A DNA stretch of 31,167 bases from Octopus sinensis (lineage: Eukaryota), in NCBI RefSeq assembly GCF_006345805.1, contig NW_021832307.1, positions 1-31,167 of the forward strand, written 5' to 3'. Numbering within the stretch: the first letter of the stretch is position 1; each line of letters begins with the position of its first letter. The notes beneath the pieces were generated by a model that did not search any database, was not told the origin of the DNA, and saw nothing but the letters and a program-made list of their open reading frames with translations. Below, piece by piece: positions 11,473 to 22,367 of this stretch. The position numbers were made by a program, and so were the translations under genes.

Positions 11473-11779
11473 CGGCTCTGTCAACAACCCTTGACTGGTC
11501 CTCATTATGGAAAACAAATTATCGCAGCTGCTTGGTTCTTGTCAACAATCACTGAACAGCAGAGCCGTGACTGCTCAAGGGGAGAGTTTGCCAGACCCTT
11601 TCCGTTTATACTCCCACTTCCAGTGTTTTATAGGCGCAGGTGAGGGTTCTAGTCGGGGTCACTGGGTCCCTCTAAAAACATCATCCATACTTATTAACTT
11701 AAAGACCATTAAACCAACCAATCAACGAGATGGCCTCTACAAGGACGTGCGACATGCGAGAAATAGCAATTCTCTGGAA

Positions 11780-11900
11780 TTGCGTAGTATTTAATCTGGG
11801 TCTCTACGTTCTGAGTTCAAATCACACCGAGGCCAACTTTGTTTTTCATCCCTCTAGTACCAAAAGTACCAAAAGTACCAATCAAGTAATGGAGTCAATT
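11780..11900 (+). mobile_element. SINE family B, degenerate fragment
   Basis: CTACGTTCTGAGTTCAAATCACACCGAGGCCAACTTTGTTTTTCATCC; AGTACCAAA triplicated at 11856-11881. Confidence 0.75.
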
Positions 11901-12659
11901 TGTTTTCTTCCAGATTACGGAATCGGCTACGCTGTGCTGTGAGAAGGGCCGAGAGGGAAAATCAACAGCGTCCCTGTTTCCAGAAATAGAGAAAAGTTTG
12001 GTATGGAATTGATAACTTCTTTCCAAAGAAAAACTGATATTTTACTGGAACCAGACAAGGTGGGAATTATGAGGGCAGAATTAAAATAGAAATAAAGATA
12101 CGAAAAATACCTACATGTCATCTTGATGATGTTTTGCAACAGTCAAGCACCGAGGTCGTTATAAAAAAACACCTCCATCCCTCACAGACAATTCCTGGTT
12201 TTGTACCAAACTGAGAAACCATCAGTAACATAGCAGTACGGCTCTTCTTGTGTATTACTTCTGTAAATACCAGTATTTACGGCAATCGATTAAACCAAGT
12301 GTAACGGTTACAAATATGAAGCCTGTATATTCGTGAGTCAAACGAAATCCCTTATTTTCTGTGAAGCTATTTATCAAAAATATCTACTGACAGAAATGAC
12401 CAACTTTTCACATTATTTGTCAGAACTAATATCCTCGCAGACATTTCAACATTCTGCCCCAATGAAGAAATACCGATTCTAGGCGTACCTTTTAACACAA
12501 CCCAAACATGACATACCCTATAGCTTTATTCGACACGCATTCTCAGTTAATACTTCCTCTCATGCATACATACATACATACATACATACACACCCACATA
12601 TATCTATGCGTATATACACACACATATATATATATGTACGCATGTATGTATGCATGTGT

Positions 12660-12732
<73 letters not shown>

Positions 12733-13027
12733 ATATATATACATATACATATACATATGTGTGTGTGTGTATGCACACATGTACATTGTTATACGTGAGA
12801 GAGCGTAAAATACAAACGTGTTACATTATGCGTGTTTCTGTTTATATACACACAAACACACTCATATACACCACTCTGACACACAGACACATTTTTATTT
12901 GCCACCGAATCCCTCACCGCCTCTCCCCCCCCACCTCGATGCATGCAGGCTGAGGAATGCAAGCTAATCTGATAGTTTGTGCATTGCAAAAGCAGCACAA
13001 ACCTGCTAACATTTGGAAGCTAATAGA

Positions 13028-13189
13028 CGGAAGTGATATTCTTCATGAAAATGACATTTCCGGAAGTATACGAGGCGCCATCTAAAGTGTTTTGAATACA
13101 TTCACCAATATTTCTCTTGGTTTCTGGAGACCTTCGCCGAAGAATCGTCTTCAAAGACTTTGCAACACAATTGAACGATGATTTCCGGT
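13028..13189. promoter_or_regulatory. Candidate ETS/YY1 motif cluster
   Basis: CGGAAGTG (13028), back-to-back ATTTCCGGAAGT (13056-13067), GGCGCCATCT (13074-13083) and ATTTCCGGT (13181-13189) in non-repetitive DNA. Motif match only. Confidence 0.3.
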
Positions 13190-13538
13190 TCACTTTTGAC
13201 AGAGGTCTCAACCAAGAAAATTTAGTACACATACGCACTCATTCGCAGACAGACAGACACACACACACATTCATACATTCATACAAACACACATACATAT
13301 ATGCGTATGTATGTATGTATATATGTATGTGTGTGTATAAATGTATATTTATGTGTGTGTGTGTTTGTATGTATATATATGTGTGTGTGTATATATATAT
13401 GTATGTGTGTATGTATGTATATATTATGTATATATGTGTGTGTATAAATATATATGTATGTATATATGTGTGTATGTATAAATATATATATGTATGTATG
13501 ACAGTGTGGAGGAGGAGACAGAGAGGAGAGGATGAAAT

Positions 13539-13755
13539 ATTAGTTTCAAATTTTGGCACAGGCCAGCAGATTTTGAGAAGAGGAGTTAAGTCGATTACAT
13601 CGACCCCAGTGCTCAACTGGTACTTATTTTATCGACCCCGAAAGGATGAAAATCAAAGTTGACCTCGGCGAAATTTGAACCCAGAACGTAAGACGGACAA
13701 AATGCCGCTAAGCATTTTGCCTAGTGTGCTAACGATTCTGCCAACTCGCCGCCTT
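13539..13755 (-). mobile_element. SINE family B, full length, tail type 1
   Basis: Reverse complement of the 10661-10877 family over its whole length. Confidence 0.93.
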
Positions 13756-13889
13756 GAAGGGAGGGAATATTGGCGACTAAAATGTAGGCAAGATTCTTTA
13801 GTCTTTTCGGTTATTTTACCAATTTCATTTATGGATATACTCACCTTCAGTAAAGTATATAGTAGCCAAAGAGTGTTTTTTTTTATTTT

Positions 13890-14008
13890 ATGGCCCAGGG
13901 AAAGAAAAATACCAAAGTCAACGTAGGTAGGATTTGAACTTTGATCATAAAGAAGGAGGTTGCTATCAAACACCATATGCTACCGGCGTTCTTCTGATTC
14001 CGCCATAT
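13890..14008 (-). mobile_element. SINE family B, degenerate head
   Basis: CAAAGTCAAC...GGATTTGAACT (B box on the minus strand) ...TTCTGATTCCGCCA. Confidence 0.5.
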
Positions 14009-14022
14009 TAAACATTTCTTTC

Positions 14023-14250
14023 TTAACCCTTTGGCATTCAAGATTATTCTGTTAAATGCAACACTTATTTCTATTCTTCGCATTGATTTGAATTAATCTT
14101 GCATTATCTTGAAACTTCCAGGATTTTGGTGATCTGCTTGTTTAGTTTTAGAATGGCATTGTAGAGTTGGTGTAAGAGGCCGATTCTGGCTAAATTCAAC
14201 ATAAAATGGTAAATATTTTAGCCTGATATGACTGGTTTAAACCGTAAATT
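14023..14250. mobile_element. Probable TTAA-type (piggyBac-like) non-autonomous element, decayed
   Basis: Begins TTAA-CCCTTTGGCATT. The body resembles an abundant Octopus repeat as I recall it (unverified). The right TIR is degenerate. Confidence 0.4.
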
Positions 14251-14279
14251 TAGCCCATGAAATAGACTATATTTGCAAG

Positions 14280-14700
14280 AAATGGTTACTAAATTTCCCT
14301 CAAATCAGGGTCCTCCATCTTAGAACATGTTGAATAATGTAGTTCTAGGTTCTTTGCACAAAGAGGGAAAAGACTGAATGGTCACGGCTGGATTGCTTTC
14401 ACTCATACTCCATCTTGATTGGATCTAACGAAGTAAACAGCAGCAACAACAACAACAACAACAACGATAAAACCACTACCATGGGGCTGTATATATCTGA
14501 TCATACGGTCAGCTCAACATAGCAGCCAAATCTCTTTCTCAAGTCGCTTCTTACCTTCTTAAAAATAATCACATTGGATAAAATTATCTGGAATGGTCTT
14601 TGATCATAAATCTGTCAAATTTTGTTGTTGCTGTTAATATTTTATTTGTAGTTTTTTTTTTTTGCTTTAGGTTAACAGCCAAGCAACAACAACAACAACA
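14280..14700 (+). mobile_element. Two fragments of degenerate interspersed family D
   Basis: ATAGCAGCCAAATCT (14519-14533) and ATGGTCACGGCTGGA (~14379) recur at 16287, 24016(-), 3513(-) and 31017(-); both fragments end in (CAA)n tails. Confidence 0.55.
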
Positions 14701-15599
14701 ACAAGGAAACATTTCATCGGTTAAATTGTCTCTTCTATTCCTGTTTCAATCATTTATTCCAAGAAATAATTCCAACAGAAGAACGTCTTTGAAACAGCGA
14801 AAGGAGTCAAGTTGGTACATTTTCAGCAGAAAGTGGACGCTGAACGTCAAAACTGTAAAATGGCGATGATTTCTCTCTCAGTTTTTTTTTTGTCATAAAA
14901 GTGTTTCTTTGATATAAAAAACCAACATATTTCTCATTCTTGCCCACCATATTAACATTCTTCTTGTTATTATTGTTGTTTCGGTTAGTATTACTGTTTT
15001 GTCATGTCTTATTTATTGTTGTTCTTGCTATTGATGTTGTTGTTGTTGAAGTTGTTGCTCTTATTAATGCTTAAATTGTTATTGTTAATATTTTAGTGTT
15101 TCTTATTGCTGTTGTGCTTGTTGTGGTTGTTGTGGTCGTCGCATCCTTTCATGATAGCTTTGTTGGCACATTCATTCTTACATTTTTTTCTTGTCTTTTC
15201 CTGTAATTTTTACGTTCATCTTCCTTTCTTCACCTCTTATAATTGTAATTGTCATCTTTGGGGGTGGTCGGCTTCTTTAATGCATGTATTATCATGTGGT
15301 TCCCCCCACACACACACACACACGCACACACACACACTCATACACACACACACACACACTCGCACACACATACACAATACACAAATGCATAGTACATATA
15401 CGCTCATACATGTACACAAATTAAAACAACCACTCCTACACCGCCACACGCACACTTGAACATATATATATCCACAAGCATTGTCTCTCATTATGTATCT
15501 ATATATGGGCGTGTGTACATATATATGTATGTATACATAGAGAGAGAGAACAAAGTGTACGTACACCGCTATATATATATATATATATATATATATTAA

Positions 15600-15730
15600 G
15601 GTATGTAGAAAAATACAACATGGACAAGAACGTATAACTCTTAGAAGACGATACAATAAACATGGACAGGACATTCGAACCCCTCAGTCTTCAGTCAAGA
15701 ACCGGATCATCGTAGTAATTTCGGCTGATT
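15600..15730 (-). mobile_element. Repeat fragment, possible Penelope-like end
   Basis: GGACAGGACAT resembles GTACAGGACAT of 18-375; CTGAAGA on the minus strand at 15688-15694; bounded by (TA)n. Confidence 0.35.
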
Positions 15731-15751
15731 AATATATATATATATATATAT

Positions 15752-15891
15752 CTTCTCCTATGTTTCCGACGAAGAGCTCCGCTCGAAACGTTAAGCCCTC
15801 CTTCTTTCCTTCTTTCCTGAGCGTCCAATAATACTATATTTGTTCCACGTCCTCGCGTTGTTGAGTTTTTTTGTGCTTTCATGTTTGGATT
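15752..15891 (+). mobile_element. Probable Penelope-like terminal fragment with hammerhead-like core
   Basis: About 96% identical to the reverse complement of 190-329; (TA)n on both sides; CCGACGA-A-GAGC-TCC-GCTC-GAAAC at 15766-15789. Confidence 0.6.
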
Positions 15892-16149
15892 AACTATATA
15901 TATATATATGTACCCTGGTTTGCATCGGCCAAATGGGCAAGGTGAGCTTAATACATATTGTAGAGACTATGTTTTATATATATATAAGAAAGATCATGCT
16001 TGACCGAACACCGGTTACGTGAAAGGAAAGGAGGGAGGTGGGGCGCAAGGGGATTGAAGAATCAGAGGGAGAACCGGAAAGAGAGGAAATCAAAGGGACT
16101 TGCTTTCTTCAAAAGAATTTTTATGCTCTTAGCTTAGATTTTTGGGGCC

Positions 16150-16480
16150 AGTCAGATTTGAACAGTTTCAAGTGTAACTGGCCCAAACTGTAAGAATTAT
16201 TTGGAAACTTGACTGATGAGGGAAGCCTGCGGATGATCCGTCACCAGACTTACAGGAGAAACTCTATACAGTCTTTCGATCTCCTTGAAATAGCAACCAA
16301 AGCTATCTGAATTTACCCACCACCTTCTTGAAAAGGGATGGACACATTAAATAATGCAAGACTTTGATAATATTAATAAGAGGTGAAGGTCACGCTTGGA
16401 TGCCTTTGATTGTATGTCTATTTGATCAACGTCGAACGAAGGTTAAACAACTGAAGACTGTGCAGCTAAAATTAAACAAC
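16150..16480 (+). mobile_element. Family D degenerate copy
   Basis: GAAATAGCAACCAAA (16287-16301), GACACATTAAATAATG, GGTCACGCTTGGATGCCTTTGAT and a ...TAAACAAC tail, shared with the 14280-14700 fragments. Confidence 0.55.
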
Positions 16481-16559
16481 TACACCGACATTTTGTGTTG
16501 TTGTTGTTGCTGTTGTCTTCTTCTTCCAATCGGGACTCCCGCCATTAGTTTTGGGTCAT

Positions 16560-16913
16560 GGAATGGAAGCACTCCGTCGGTTACGACGACGAGGGTTCCG
16601 GTTGATCCGAATCAACAGAACAGCCTGCTCGTGAAATTAACGTGTAAGTGGCTGAGGACTCCACAGACACGTGTACCCTTAACGTAGTTCTCGGGGATAT
16701 TCAGCGTGACACAGAGAGTGACAAGGCCGGCCCCTTGAAATACAGGTACAACAGAAACAGGAAGTAAGAGTGAGAGAAAGTTGTGGTGAAAGCATCGTGG
16801 AGCTTTAGGTGTTTTCGCTCAATAAACACTCACAACGCCCGGTCTGGTAATCGAAACCGCGATCCTACGACCGCGAGTCCGCTGCCCTAACCACTGGGCC
16901 ATTGCGCCTCCAC
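16560..16913 (-). mobile_element. SINE family C, young, 13-bp TSD, 35-bp internal deletion
   Basis: TSD AGTTTTGGGTCAT at 16547-16559 and 16914-16926; near-identical to the copies at 17553 and 19350. Confidence 0.97.
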
Positions 16914-17552
16914 AGTTTTGGGTCATACCTGGTGAAGAAGACTTGTGATCAAAGACGGTCCAACAGTGACTATACCGACGTTTCATTTTGTACATCGTTA
17001 TTTCTAGCTCTATACTGTACAAGGAATTCTTTACATTTTCCCATGACAATAAGACGTGATTTGGGGGGCATTTCGTGGATATTTCTAACAGATCAAGCTA
17101 CTAAAAAGAGTGAGTTTCAGTAATAAACTGCCGCAATCCCTGTACGATCCCAGAACAAAAAGAAAACAAAAACAAACGTGTATTTAAGACCAGCTCACTA
17201 AAACCTCATTAACTCCGACTCACACTACCATAAAATAGTTTTTCTTGCGTTAAATCCATTTGCATATTTCGTGGAATTCTCATTAGAACGAAGGAGAATA
17301 TAAAATTAATCCTGCTCTCAATTTATGAAATGTAAAATTCTTGGCGCATGTCTCGCCTCCATAATCTCATCCAAACGAGGTTGAGAATATAACAACTTAG
17401 ATTTTGATCAATTTATGTTCAAGCGTTTTAAAAATTCTGGAACTAGAATTCAGTGAGGAAGAAGCGGTAGATTGTAAGTGTTCAGAGACAAACACTTGGG
17501 GAAAATAATTCTGTTTACTACTTCTTTTTTTACAGTTCCATATTTAAGAGAT

Positions 17553-17928
17553 TGTGGAGGCGCAATGGCCCAGTGGTTAGGGCAGCGGACTCGCGGTCAT
17601 AGGATCGCGGTTTCGATTCCCAGACCGGGCGTTGTGAGTGTTTATTGAGCGAAAACACCTAAAAGCTTCACGAGGCTCCGGCAGGAGATGGTGGTGATCC
17701 CTGCTGTACTCTTTCACCACAACTTTCTCTCACTCTTACTTCCTGTTTCTGTTGTACCTGTATTTCAAAGGGCCGGCCTTGTCACTCTCTGTGTCACGCT
17801 GAATATCCCCGAGAACTACGTTAAGAGTACACGTGTCTGTGGAGTGCTCAGCCACTTACACGTTAATTTCACGAGCAGGCTGTTCAACCGGAACCCTCGT
17901 CGTCGTAACCGACGGAGTGCTTCCATCC
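17553..17928 (+). mobile_element. SINE family C, young, 11-bp TSD
   Basis: TSD ATTTAAGAGAT at 17542-17552 and 17929-17939; A box TGGCCCAGTGG, B box GTTTCGATTCC; 14-bp deletion after 17885. Confidence 0.97.
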
Positions 17929-18257
17929 ATTTAAGAGATGAGGAATTATCTACATTATTTACATTATTTACATTGACTTTATGAAAACAGAGGTAGAGAG
18001 TTTGAGGAAGTATTTTGCTGACATCAAAGAGACACATTTGAAGAGCAGTCAACAAGCTGCGAAACGGTCCGTCAGGAGATTCCCCGTTCTTTTCCGAGCG
18101 CAGAGAAAAACAGAGAAGAAAAGGCATTTTTTAATTCTTTAAATATTATAAAACTTAGGTTTTGCAGTAACTTTACTTCAGTCTTTCTAATTTAACGCTA
18201 TATTGCTCATGATATATATATATATATGTATAATATATATATTATATAATATTATAG

Positions 18258-18302
<45 letters not shown>

Positions 18303-19349
18303 TGTGTGTGGGTGTATATATATATATATATATATATACATATATGTATATATACATATATATACGTATATGTATATATACATACGTATACATATATATA
18401 TATGTGTATACAAATATATATATATATATAATGTACATTCATACACATACATATACTTATATATTCATACACACACACACGTTATTTGTTTGTGGACATA
18501 AGTATTTAGGATTCTTTTCAGGATAAATATATTATATAAACATATATATATATATATATGTAAACATATATGCTTATATATATATGGAGTTGTGTGTAAA
18601 AATGTATGTGAATTCGATAATGAGTATTTTCATAATTAATTGACTGTTAATCTAAATTTAATCCCGTTTAAAACAGTTCTTTAAAATTACATCAGATCCA
18701 TTTCTGGTGACACGCCTGAGCGTGAAAATATTTATTGCCGTTGAAAACGCGGAGAGAAGGAACGAGAGAAATTAATAAATTGTAATAACATAACAACCTC
18801 ATAAATCACTCTAACAGCAGAAAGATCGAGTCATCGTCGTTTGCCACCAAACCCCGCTTCTTTTAACCATATCAGATATTTATTCATATTGCGTTCTGAT
18901 ACTTTATGGTCTCTCCCTCTTTCTCTCTTCTCTCTCTCTCTCTCTCTCTCTCTGCATTTCAACTCAGAATGCTGTATGATTGTGTCCCCTCTAATAGATC
19001 TTCCTCTGTGATGTCCCCTGCCCCTCCTCTTCTATAGTTTCTCTGTTCTGTTTCGTCTGCTTTGTTCTCTCTAGTATAGCCCTCTCCACTTCTATGTTTT
19101 CTTTACCATGCACCCCTTCCAACCGCTGTTTCTCTTCTGCCGAGTTTCTGCTGATATATCCTAGAACTGTAGTTGATATATTCTGCGACACAGGAGTAGG
19201 TAATAATCGGAAACAGTCGATCTACCAAAATGAACAAATACATTGATGAAGATATCACGTGTCCATATACTTCAAGTAAACCATGACTGCTGGAAACACG
19301 GTTGTATCCAGGTATTACATAGAATAAGCAATGTATTTATTTTACTAAT

Positions 19350-19730
19350 GGAAGCACTCCGTCGGTTACGACGATGAGGGTTCTGGTTGATCCGAATCAA
19401 CGGAACAGCCTGCTCGTGAAATTAACGTGTAAGTGGCTGAGCACTCCACAGACACGTGTATCCTTAACGTAGTTCTCGGGGATATTCAGCGTGACACAGA
19501 GAGTGACAAGGTCGGCCCTTGAAATACAGTACAACAGAAACCGGAAGTAAGAGGAGAGAAAGTTGTGGTGAAAGAGTACAGCAGGGATCACCACCATCCC
19601 CTGCCGGAGCCTCGTGGAGCTTTAGGTGTTTTCGCTCAATAAACACTCACAACGCCCGGTCTGGGAATCGAAACCGCGATCCTATGACCGCGAGTCCGCT
19701 GCCCTAACCACTGGGCAATTGCGCCTCCAC
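19350..19730 (-). mobile_element. SINE family C, young, full length, 10-bp TSD
   Basis: TSD TTTTACTAAT at 19340-19349 and 19731-19740. Confidence 0.97.
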
Positions 19731-20200
19731 TTTTACTAATACAGTTTCATTTTATTTTGAAGTACGTCTTTTAATTAGTAGCATTTATATGTCACCATGT
19801 TATCCCCCTCTACCTGATTAGTTTTATAGTAGCGCTTTTCTGTAGATTAATTTAAAGTTCCGTTTGCTGAGCTAATCTTTCTGATTTAAGCAATTTTATA
19901 AAGGAAACGAAACGTGATTGGATTCTTGATATTTCGGATGATTTCCGTTTGTTTCCGTCTATTACCGATTTCTGTGCCACAGTGTACATAAAGTGTGAAA
20001 TACACAAAGTGATTGTCTTTGTAGTTCCGCTGACGTAGGTGTTGTCGCGTGTCGAATATATTCCTTTCAACGTCTGACTAGAAACACAAGCGAGAATGCA
20101 GACAATATTGTATCTATTACAGCATGTGGATTAATTCTGTATTAATGTGTCTCTTTGCATTAACTATACATGCATACACACAAAAACACACACACACACA

Positions 20201-20235
<35 letters not shown>

Positions 20236-20327
20236 ACCCACACATATTATATATATATATATATATATAATAATATTGGGGAATATTATTCTAAACTTAC
20301 AGGGAAATAAATATTTATTTATAAATA

Positions 20328-20412
<85 letters not shown>

Positions 20413-20413
<1 letters not shown>

Positions 20414-20820
20414 GGCGCAGGAGTGCTGTGTGGTAAGTAGCTTGCCTTCCAACCACATGGTTCTGGTTCAGTCCCACTGCGTGGCATCTTCGGCAAATGT
20501 CTTCTGCTATAGCCCCGGGCCGACCAATGCCTTGTGAGTGGATTTGGTAGACGGAAACTGAAAGAAGCCTGTCGTATATATATGTATGTATGTGTATGTA
20601 TATGTTTGTGTGTCTGTGTTTGTCCCTCTAGCATTGCTTGACAACCGATGCTGGTGTGTTTACGTCCCCGTCACTTAGCGGTTCGGCAAAAGAGACCGAT
20701 AGAATAAGTACTGGGCTTACAAAGAATAAGTCCCGGGGTCGATTTGCTCGACTAAAGGCGGTGCTCCAGCATGGCCACAGTCAAATGACTGAAACAAGTA
20801 AAAGAGTAAAAGAGTAAAGA

Positions 20821-20823
<3 letters not shown>
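20413..20823 (+). mobile_element. SINE family A, full length
   Basis: tRNA-like head, CORE-like GGCATCTTCGGCAAATGTCTT, internal (TA)/(TG) tract, 3' region ending GACTGAAACAAGT(AAAAGAGT)n; (TA)n on both sides. Confidence 0.95.
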
Positions 20824-20881
<58 letters not shown>

Positions 20882-20989
20882 AAGATGTGTGTATGTGTGC
20901 ATATGTACAGGTGTATGTGGAGAGAGATACACACACATGCACACACACACGCACACACACATACACACACACACGTACACACACACACA

Positions 20990-21061
<72 letters not shown>

Positions 21062-21496
21062 ATATTATATATATATATATATACTCACGCATACATACGT
21101 AGATACTGTATGTAGTTATAAATATAACCATGTGTAATTAAGCTGATAAGTGCATATACGGTATATCATTCCGAAATCTTGAGAAGCTAGTCTTCTCGAA
21201 ACGAGAAAGAACACGTCTAATTAGAGAACTAGAGGATTATAGATATGGAAGGAAAAAGCACAAGTTTTTTCCATAACAGAGGCAACACAAGTCTGAACCC
21301 TCAGTTATACTGTCTCCTTTTAAAATTTTTGGTATATTCAATTATATGCAAATGAAATGTCCTATATAACATTCTAAGAAATCGTAGAGAAATATTAAAT
21401 CGATTCCAATACTTGAAACTTTCTTTATTCCAGCAATCTCAGAAGAATGACCTCGGAAGCATTTGAGCCCCAGATCTTGAAGAACATTATTAAATG

Positions 21497-21718
21497 CCTA
21501 TTTCTTTATTGCCTACAGGGGGCTAAACACAGAGGGGACAAACAAGGACATACAAACGGATTAAGTTGATTATATCGACCCCAGTGCATAACTGGTACTT
21601 AATTTATCGACCCCGAAAGGATGAAAGGCAAAGTCGACCTCCGCGGAATTTGAACTCAGAACGTAGCGGCAGACGAAATACCGGTAAGCATTTCGCCCGG
21701 CGTGCTAACGTTTCTGCC
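21497..21718 (-). mobile_element. SINE family B, tail type 3
   Basis: Head and central domain as in 13539-13755 but an unrelated tail (sense: AATCCGTTTGTATGTCCTTGTTTGTCCCCTCTGTGTTTAGCCCCCTGTAGGCAATAAAGAAATAGG). Confidence 0.92.
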
Positions 21719-22133
21719 TGAAGCTCTACCGACCAATCAACCACCATGATTTAAAAGAACCTTCCTTTAGTTAAGATGGTATGATCTGATTTAACGATGA
21801 TTTATCTAGCATTTCTAGCAGAAAAACAGGCTCCATAGTTACTGACTCGTTAGTTCGAAGTCTTTCTTTTCTTGCTAGACAATGGTCCCTACAGGATCTA
21901 AAGACAAACCCTATAACTCTGTACATTCCTTCTCAATATGCTCACTCGACCTCATGGGTGTTCATATTTTCTATTATTCACTTCTAGTCTCTGATATCAA
22001 CTAATTTTTACTCTATTTTATAATGTCAGAAATTAATGGAGCAGTCTATACTAGTTCACTATAAGACTAATTAAATCACATCGACATATACATGCATATA
22101 TGTATGTATATAAATATATGTGTGTTTGTGTAT

Positions 22134-22165
<32 letters not shown>

Positions 22166-22367
22166 GTGCGTACACACACGCACAAGTGCACACACATACA
22201 GATAAATGCACGCGTGTGAACATGTGTATGAACGTTTGAAAGTAATACAATAGGTACATGTATGCACATATGAATGTATGCATTGCACTTACTTGGATCA
22301 GCGAATTAATGAGAAACTGAGCCGAGTTCAGCTGAGACAGCTTAAGTTCAGTTTATATGTTTAATTG

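Noticed and set aside
11940-12090. Peptide GREGKSTASLFPEIEKSLVW resembling a pogo/CENP-B HTH
   Set aside because: Only a short loose resemblance, followed by stops, with no further transposase motifs or TIRs.
13117-13235. Non-repetitive start of the 181-aa ORF (VSGDLRRRIVFKDF...)
   Set aside because: No recognisable domain; in-frame stop just upstream and it runs into microsatellite.
17553-17630. tRNA genes at SINE heads
   Set aside because: A and B boxes are present but no complete cloverleaf; each continues into a SINE body, some with TSDs.
18800-18808. Pbx-Hox-type site TGATTTATG (minus strand)
   Set aside because: One AT-rich 9-mer is at chance level in this window.
18991-19191. Minus-strand ORF with EGVHGK..ERAILE, faintly like a LINE endonuclease segment
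   Set aside because: No GDFN or other conserved motif; explained by purine-rich low complexity.
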